DNA of 64,000 bases from Dysgonamonadaceae bacterium (GTDB lineage: Bacteria > Bacteroidota > Bacteroidia > Bacteroidales > Azobacteroidaceae): the NCBI GenBank assembly GCA_031257875.1, contig JAIRNV010000214.1:3746-67745 (forward strand), written 5' to 3'. The position numbers and the translations under genes were made by a program. This document shows, piece after piece, positions 58,639 to 64,000 of this stretch. The notes under the pieces are model-generated. The model was not told where the DNA came from. It made no database searches and was given only the letters and a program-made list of their open reading frames with translations. Numbering within the stretch: the stretch's first letter is position 1; each line of letters starts with the position of its first letter.

Positions 58639-58945
58639 TTTCTTAAAATTTTTAATTAATAAAACATTTGATTAACTCACACGAATCAACAGTCCGGTCA
58701 ATATGCGTATAAAACCTGCGGTGGGAAAGGACAGGATATAAAATAGCGCCACATAATTATACAACTGTATAGCCTTTTTATTAATTCCCCGCAAAGATAA
58801 ACCGAATTTCCTGAAAAACCGCATCGAAAAACGGAATACTGTACAAAAAACCCCGCTTTTGAGTACAAAACCACCATTTCTAATGCTAAACCGCCGGCAA
58901 TAAACTGAAAACGTCGATACCGGTACAAAATTCAATTTTTTTCAT

Positions 58946-58953
58946 TACCTTTG
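58946..58953 (+). promoter_or_regulatory. -7 promoter motif upstream of urtE-ureAB-ureC
   Basis: TACCTTTG; a divergent TATCTTTG on the minus strand near 58792-58799 would serve the surface-protein gene. Confidence 0.55.
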
Positions 58954-59033
58954 CTTTTGAAAAAAGTTAACAAATGAAAGCGTCTCTCCAATATCATCAA
59001 GCCGTAATTCGTAACTCGTAATTCATAATTTAT

Positions 59034-59741
59034 ATGCATCCTGAAATAATTCTTGAAACAAAAAACGTTCATGCCGGATATGGCGAAAGTCAGATCTTGT
59101 GGGGAATGGATTTAAAAGCGCAAAGGGGAAAAGTTACTACAATCATGGGACGCAACGGCGTGGGTAAAACCACCTTTTTACGCACCATCATGGGGCTTGT
59201 GCGAACAAAAGATGCGATTCTGTTCAACAACGAGGAAATACAAAAACGCTCAACTTATAAAAGGGCAAAAAAAGGTATCGGATATGTGCCGCAGGGACGT
59301 GAAATTATTTCCAAACTTACGGTTTACGAAAACATACTGATAGGCGCTGAATCGCGGAAAGATTCCGTCCGTTCGTTCGATGAAGATGAAATCTACGGCT
59401 TATTCCCTGTCCTCAAAGATTTCAGGAATCGCCTCGGAGGAAACCTCAGCGGCGGGCAGCAGCAACAGCTGGCAATAGCACGCGCACTAGCAGGAAAACC
59501 CGATCTGCTCATCCTTGACGAACCGACGGAAGGCATACAGCCCTCCATTACGATTGAAATAGCCGGCGTACTGAATAAACTGGTGGAAAAGGGACTTAGC
59601 ATCCTGCTCGTAGAGCAGAAACCGGACTTTGCACGCCGGCTGTCTGATTATTACTATATCATGGATCGCGGTAAAGTGATCCGGCACAGTGAAAAGGAAA
59701 AGATGGATTTTGATGAGTTAAAAAAACTGTTATCCGTGTAA
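59034..59741 (+). CDS. urtE: Urea ABC transporter ATP-binding protein
   Basis: YGESQIL, GRNGVGKTT, YVPQGREI, LSGGQQQQLAIAR, DEPTEGIQPS. Confidence 0.95.
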   Translation: MHPEIILETKNVHAGYGESQILWGMDLKAQRGKVTTIMGRNGVGKTTFLRTIMGLVRTKDAILFNNEEIQKRSTYKRAKKGIGYVPQGREIISKLTVYENILIGAESRKDSVRSFDEDEIYGLFPVLKDFRNRLGGNLSGGQQQQLAIARALAGKPDLLILDEPTEGIQPSITIEIAGVLNKLVEKGLSILLVEQKPDFARRLSDYYYIMDRGKVIRHSEKEKMDFDELKKLLSV

Positions 59742-59863
59742 CAGGTAAACGAGTTGACAAGTAAACGAATTAACTGTGCGCAGCAGTTAAATCCCTGACG
59801 GAGTATAAGGGAGGCGTCCAAGATGTATGGACGGAGCAATCATTAATCATTAATCACTAAAAT

Positions 59864-60517
59864 ATGAGACTTACACCAAGAGACGTGGAAAAACTGATGC
59901 TTCATACGGCATGTGTGGTGGCACAGAAAAGATTTGCAAGAGGCCTGAAATTAAATTATCCCGAAGCCATTGCGCTCATTTCCGGCCAACTGCTGGAGTT
60001 CATCAGGGAGGGATATACACTGGCCGAACTGACAGAAATGGGAACCCGCATTCTCGGAACGGACGACGTTATGCCGGGAGTTGCCGAAATGATTCATGTG
60101 GTTCAGGTTGAAGGAACCTGTGTGGACGGAACCAAACTTGTATCCGTACACAAGCCCGTATCCGGAACAAATTTAAGCCCCGAACTGGCTTTATATGGCT
60201 CCGGCCTCGTAAAATCGGCAAATCAAATCGAAACGGATAATAGTTTCAATGTTGTCCCCGGCCATGTTGAAACGATGGAAACGCCAATTGAGTACAACGT
60301 TAACCGCAAAACAGTTACGCTAAAAGTTACCAATACCGGCACCCGTCCCATCCAGGTCGGTTCCCACTGTTGCTTTGAAAAAACAAACAGCGCCTTGCAG
60401 TTCGACAGAAAAGCCAGCGCCGGCTACCGGCTAAACATTCCTGCCGGTACGTCCGTAAGATTTGAGGCAGGAGAAACAAAAACAGTAGAACTTGTTGAAT
60501 TAATGATTAATGGTTAA
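59864..60517 (+). CDS. ureA: Urease fused gamma-beta subunit
   Basis: [35 protein letters not shown]; beta part [25 protein letters not shown]. Confidence 0.93.
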   Translation: MRLTPRDVEKLMLHTACVVAQKRFARGLKLNYPEAIALISGQLLEFIREGYTLAELTEMGTRILGTDDVMPGVAEMIHVVQVEGTCVDGTKLVSVHKPVSGTNLSPELALYGSGLVKSANQIETDNSFNVVPGHVETMETPIEYNVNRKTVTLKVTNTGTRPIQVGSHCCFEKTNSALQFDRKASAGYRLNIPAGTSVRFEAGETKTVELVELMING

Positions 60518-60580
60518 TGTAGACGCCTGCTAATCATTAATCATTAACCATTATTTATCATTAATCATTAATCATTAAAA
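60501..60580. repeat. Inverted heptamer repeats (TAATGAT / TAATCAT) at the ureAB-ureC junction
   Basis: taatgat taatggt taatgt ... taatcat taatcat taaccat ... taatcat taatcat. Confidence 0.85.
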
Positions 60581-60584
60581 AGAT

Positions 60585-62294
60585 ATGGCACAGATAGACA
60601 GGAAATTATATGCATCCATGTATGGCCCGACAACAGGCGACAAAGTAACATTAGCCGATACCGGCTTAACAATCCGGATAGAGAAAGATTATACCGTTTA
60701 CGGTGAAGAAAGCGTCTTCGGAGGAGGAAAAGTGATTCGCGACGGAATGGGACAGGCTGCGGGATTCACGGACAAAGAAACGCTCGATATGGTCATAACA
60801 AACGCTGTCGTTCTCGACTACAAAGGCATATACAAAGCCGACATAGGCATCAAGGACGGAAAGATAAAAGGCGTGGGAAATGCAGGGAATCCGCACACAC
60901 AGCCGGGCATAACGCCGGGACTGATCATCGGGAATATCACGGAAGTTGTTTCCGGTGAAGGAATGATACTGACAGCCGGAGCCATCGACACACATGTTCA
61001 TTATATCAGTCCGCAACAGTCGGACGAGGCGCTCGCCTCGGGAATCACCACCTTTGTCGGAGGCGGTACGGGGCCTGCAACAGGCACGTATGCAACAACA
61101 TGTACTCCGGGCGCTTTCCATATCCGGAAAATGATGGAAGCGACGGACAGCATCCCTGTCAATTTCGGATTCCTTGGAAAAGGCAATTCGAGCAAACCGC
61201 TTGCGCTGGAAGGGCAGATAAAAGCGGGAGCGCTCGGATTGAAGCTGCATGAAGACTGGGGTTCCACACCCGCCGCGATAGATACCTGCCTCGGCGTTGC
61301 CGACGAATATGATGTGCAGGTATGCATTCACACCGATTCAATCAATGAATGCGGTTATCTGGAAGATACGCTGAAAGCTTTCGACGGACGTACCATCCAC
61401 ACCTATCACACGGAAGGCGCAGGCGGAGGACATGCGCCCGACATCATGAAAGTATGCGGATACGCTCATATAATACCCTCATCCACAACTCCGACAAATC
61501 CTTATTCAATCAATACGGTTGACGAACACCTCGACATGTTGATGATATGTCATCATCTTGACCCCCATAATCCCGAAGATGTGGCATTCGCTCAAAGCCG
61601 CATACGACAAAGCACCATCGGAGCGGAAGATTTTCTGCATGATATGGGAGCGATTTCCATTTTCACTTCCGATTCGCAGGCTATGGGACGGATAGGAGAA
61701 GTTATTTGCCGTACATGGCAGATTGCTTCGCGCATGAAAGAAGTCAGAGGCGCACTGCCGGAAGACAAAAACACGGACTGTGATAATTTCAGGGTAAAAA
61801 GATATGTGGCTAAATATACGATCAATCCCGCGCTTGCACATGGCCTGTCGCATATTGCAGGGTCGGTGGAACACGGGAAAATAGCCGATTTGGTATTATG
61901 GAAACCGGAATTTTTCGGAACCAAACCGGAACTTGTTATCAAAGGCGGCTTTATAGCCCGTGCACAAATGGGAGATCCCAATGCATCCATTCCTACCCCG
62001 GAACCCTATATCTCCCGCCCCATGTATGGAGCGTTCGGTAAAGCCGCGGGGAGAACATCCTGCGTTTTTGTTTCGGAAGCTTCAGCCGATACGGTGGCGG
62101 AATACGGTTTGGAAAAAATGATAAAACCGGTAAAAGGATGCCGGACAGTATCGAAACACGACTTGAAACTGAATAATTACATGCCGAAAATAGATATTGA
62201 CACAAAAACATTTGAAGTTTCCGTTGATGGAGAAATAATTGTCTGCAAACCGGCAGTGAAATTACCGCTTGCACAGCTTTACAACCTTTTTTAA
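60585..62294 (+). CDS. ureC: Urease alpha (catalytic) subunit
   Basis: [49 protein letters not shown]: all Ni-site motifs present. Confidence 0.98.
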   Translation: MAQIDRKLYASMYGPTTGDKVTLADTGLTIRIEKDYTVYGEESVFGGGKVIRDGMGQAAGFTDKETLDMVITNAVVLDYKGIYKADIGIKDGKIKGVGNAGNPHTQPGITPGLIIGNITEVVSGEGMILTAGAIDTHVHYISPQQSDEALASGITTFVGGGTGPATGTYATTCTPGAFHIRKMMEATDSIPVNFGFLGKGNSSKPLALEGQIKAGALGLKLHEDWGSTPAAIDTCLGVADEYDVQVCIHTDSINECGYLEDTLKAFDGRTIHTYHTEGAGGGHAPDIMKVCGYAHIIPSSTTPTNPYSINTVDEHLDMLMICHHLDPHNPEDVAFAQSRIRQSTIGAEDFLHDMGAISIFTSDSQAMGRIGEVICRTWQIASRMKEVRGALPEDKNTDCDNFRVKRYVAKYTINPALAHGLSHIAGSVEHGKIADLVLWKPEFFGTKPELVIKGGFIARAQMGDPNASIPTPEPYISRPMYGAFGKAAGRTSCVFVSEASADTVAEYGLEKMIKPVKGCRTVSKHDLKLNNYMPKIDIDTKTFEVSVDGEIIVCKPAVKLPLAQLYNLF

Positions 62295-62330
62295 ATCAAA
62301 TTTTCCGGCAACTGTTTTGAAGTTTCAAGG

Positions 62331-62448
62331 GGAGCGTTTTTAAATTATCGCGCCCCGTCATTCCCGCACAGGCGGAAATCCCATGTTGTTGAATCCTGTC
62401 ATTCCCGCTTTCGCGGGAATGACAGGATTCAACAATTTGAAATTCACC
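62331..62448. mobile_element. Degenerate complete TIR element with dRS3-like interior
   Basis: Left GGAGCGTTTTTAAATTATCGC, right CAACAATTTGAAATTCACC; interior stem TTGTTGAATCCTGTCATTCCCGC-TTTC-GCGGGAATGACAGGATTCAACAA. Confidence 0.65.
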
Positions 62449-62652
62449 GGTTGGCTATCATAATTTTGGGGGAATAAATAACTGTTAAATTAATAACAAT
62501 CATCTAAGTACACAATTTTTTAACACGAATTTTCAACCGTGAAGTATAAAAAGTTTTACAGGAAAAATACCCGTTTTATCCCAAAAAAGCGCTACATTTG
62601 CGGCGAAAAATAAAGCGCTTGATTTTCTCGCTTTTAATTAAATAATTAAATT

Positions 62653-63978
62653 ATGGACAATAAACAAATTACACTTAACATTGACAAAGTATTCGATTTT
62701 GTTTCCGAAAAACAAATTTTTTCGCAGGCAAATAGAGCGCAGGAAGCAAATTTTCGTTTGGAAAACGGAAACGGTAAAGGCAACGATTTTCTCGGGTGGC
62801 TGCACCTTCCTTCTTCTATTGATGATTCCGCCATTGACGATATTCAAAAAACGGCCGGTTTACTTCGTTCCAAATGTGAAATTGTTGTCGTCATCGGGAT
62901 TGGAGGGAGCTATTTGGGCGCAAAAGCCGTTATCGAAGCCCTGTCCGGCGCTTTCGACAGTCTGACGGACAAAAGACCGCTTGTCGTCTATGCCGGTCAC
63001 AATATCGGCGAAGATTATTTGCATGAATTATCAACATTTCTTGCAGGAAAATCGTTCGGCATCATTAATATTTCCAAATCGGGAACGACTACCGAACCGG
63101 CTCTGGCTTTCCGTATCCTGAAAAAACAGCTGGAAGAAGCCGCTGGAAAGGCGGAAGCGAAAAACAGGATTGTTGCCATTACCGATGCGGCGCGTGGCGC
63201 GTTGCGTACTTTAGCCGGCAGGGAGGGATATAAAACATTCGTAATTCCCGACAATGTGGGCGGACGTTTCTCGGTTTTGACTTCCGTCGGTCTGTTGCCG
63301 GTTGCCGTTGCCGGAATTGATGTCAAGTCATTAATTGCCGGAGCCGTTTTTATGGAAAAAGCAACGGGAAAAGACATTGCTTTTGAAAATAATCCGGCGA
63401 CAATTTACGCCGTCATCCGCAATTTGCTGTACCGGCAAGGTAAAAAAACGGAAATTCTGGCCAACTTTAATCCCAAACTTCACTATGTTTCCGAATGGTG
63501 GAAACAGCTTTACGGCGAAAGCGAAGGCAAAGAACACAAAGGTATTTTCCCCGCAGCGGTTGATTTCACTACCGATTTACATTCCATGGGGCAATGGATT
63601 CAGGAAGGTGAGCGCACTATTTTCGAAACGGTAATTTCCGTAGCTAATCCGAAACACCGTGTAGAAGTGCCGGAGGACAAAGAAGACCTTGACGGTTTGA
63701 ACTATTTAGCCGGAAAACGAGTCGATTACGTAAACAAAATGGCAGAATTGGGCACTCAAATCGCACATGTGGACGGAGGCATTCCCAATATCAAAATCGA
63801 ACTTCCCGAATTGAATGAATTTTACGTGGGGGCGTTGCTCTATTTCTTCGAAAGAGCCTGTGGAATAAGCGGCTACATACTTGATGTCAATCCTTTTGAT
63901 CAGCCGGGTGTAGAAGCATACAAAAAAAACATGTTCGCCCTGCTGAAAAAACCCGGATACGAAAACATTAAGATATGA
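62653..63978 (+). CDS. pgi: Glucose-6-phosphate isomerase
   Basis: [55 protein letters not shown]; TACATTTG at 62593. Confidence 0.97.
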   Translation: MDNKQITLNIDKVFDFVSEKQIFSQANRAQEANFRLENGNGKGNDFLGWLHLPSSIDDSAIDDIQKTAGLLRSKCEIVVVIGIGGSYLGAKAVIEALSGAFDSLTDKRPLVVYAGHNIGEDYLHELSTFLAGKSFGIINISKSGTTTEPALAFRILKKQLEEAAGKAEAKNRIVAITDAARGALRTLAGREGYKTFVIPDNVGGRFSVLTSVGLLPVAVAGIDVKSLIAGAVFMEKATGKDIAFENNPATIYAVIRNLLYRQGKKTEILANFNPKLHYVSEWWKQLYGESEGKEHKGIFPAAVDFTTDLHSMGQWIQEGERTIFETVISVANPKHRVEVPEDKEDLDGLNYLAGKRVDYVNKMAELGTQIAHVDGGIPNIKIELPELNEFYVGALLYFFERACGISGYILDVNPFDQPGVEAYKKNMFALLKKPGYENIKI

Positions 63979-64000
63979 TAAAAGCCGTTTTGTTTGATAT
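63975..64000 (+). CDS. 5' end of a probable HAD-family phosphatase
   Basis: ATGA overlap with the pgi stop; MIKAVLFD matches the start of HAD motif I; only 8 codons visible. Confidence 0.55.

Noticed and set aside
1-64000. DGR, retron, prophage, integron integrase, tRNA or rRNA
   Set aside because: No reverse transcriptase, phage structural gene, tyrosine integrase or stable-RNA signature was seen.

Overview
This 64-kb window looks like Bacteroidales chromosome. Many genes have the Bacteroidota TAnnTTTG -7 promoter motif, and T9SS SprA and a Plug-like protein are present. The gene content and repeat load suggest a gut-symbiont lineage, possibly termite-associated (inference). Housekeeping genes include sprA, ruvA, gpmI, purA, lon, ugd, queD/queE, rnz, nadB, rbr, rsmE, lipB and pgi. 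Accessory modules are a stand-alone Group IV nitrogenase-like D/K pair, a urea uptake/urease cluster (porin, urtABCDE, fused gamma-beta urease subunit, ureC) interrupted three times, two T9SS-cargo surface proteins plus a decayed remnant of a third, a RAYT transposase with REP/REPIN repeats, a DUF3791/DUF3990 pair and an internally deleted SDH/ClpP-like protease. The non-coding DNA is the most unusual part. It has six short tandem arrays with 21-, 23- or 41-bp period, five built on dyad cores that vary while keeping symmetry; one lies between a promoter motif and an uncharacterised 222-aa gene. It also has a 20-bp inverted-repeat/dRS3-like element family whose halves bracket single-gene modules, a REP-like element inserted in frame in a methyltransferase, and heptamer repeats at almost every junction of the urea cluster. 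I saw no rRNA, tRNA, cas genes or reverse transcriptase. Family assignments are from motif recognition only; no searches were run.
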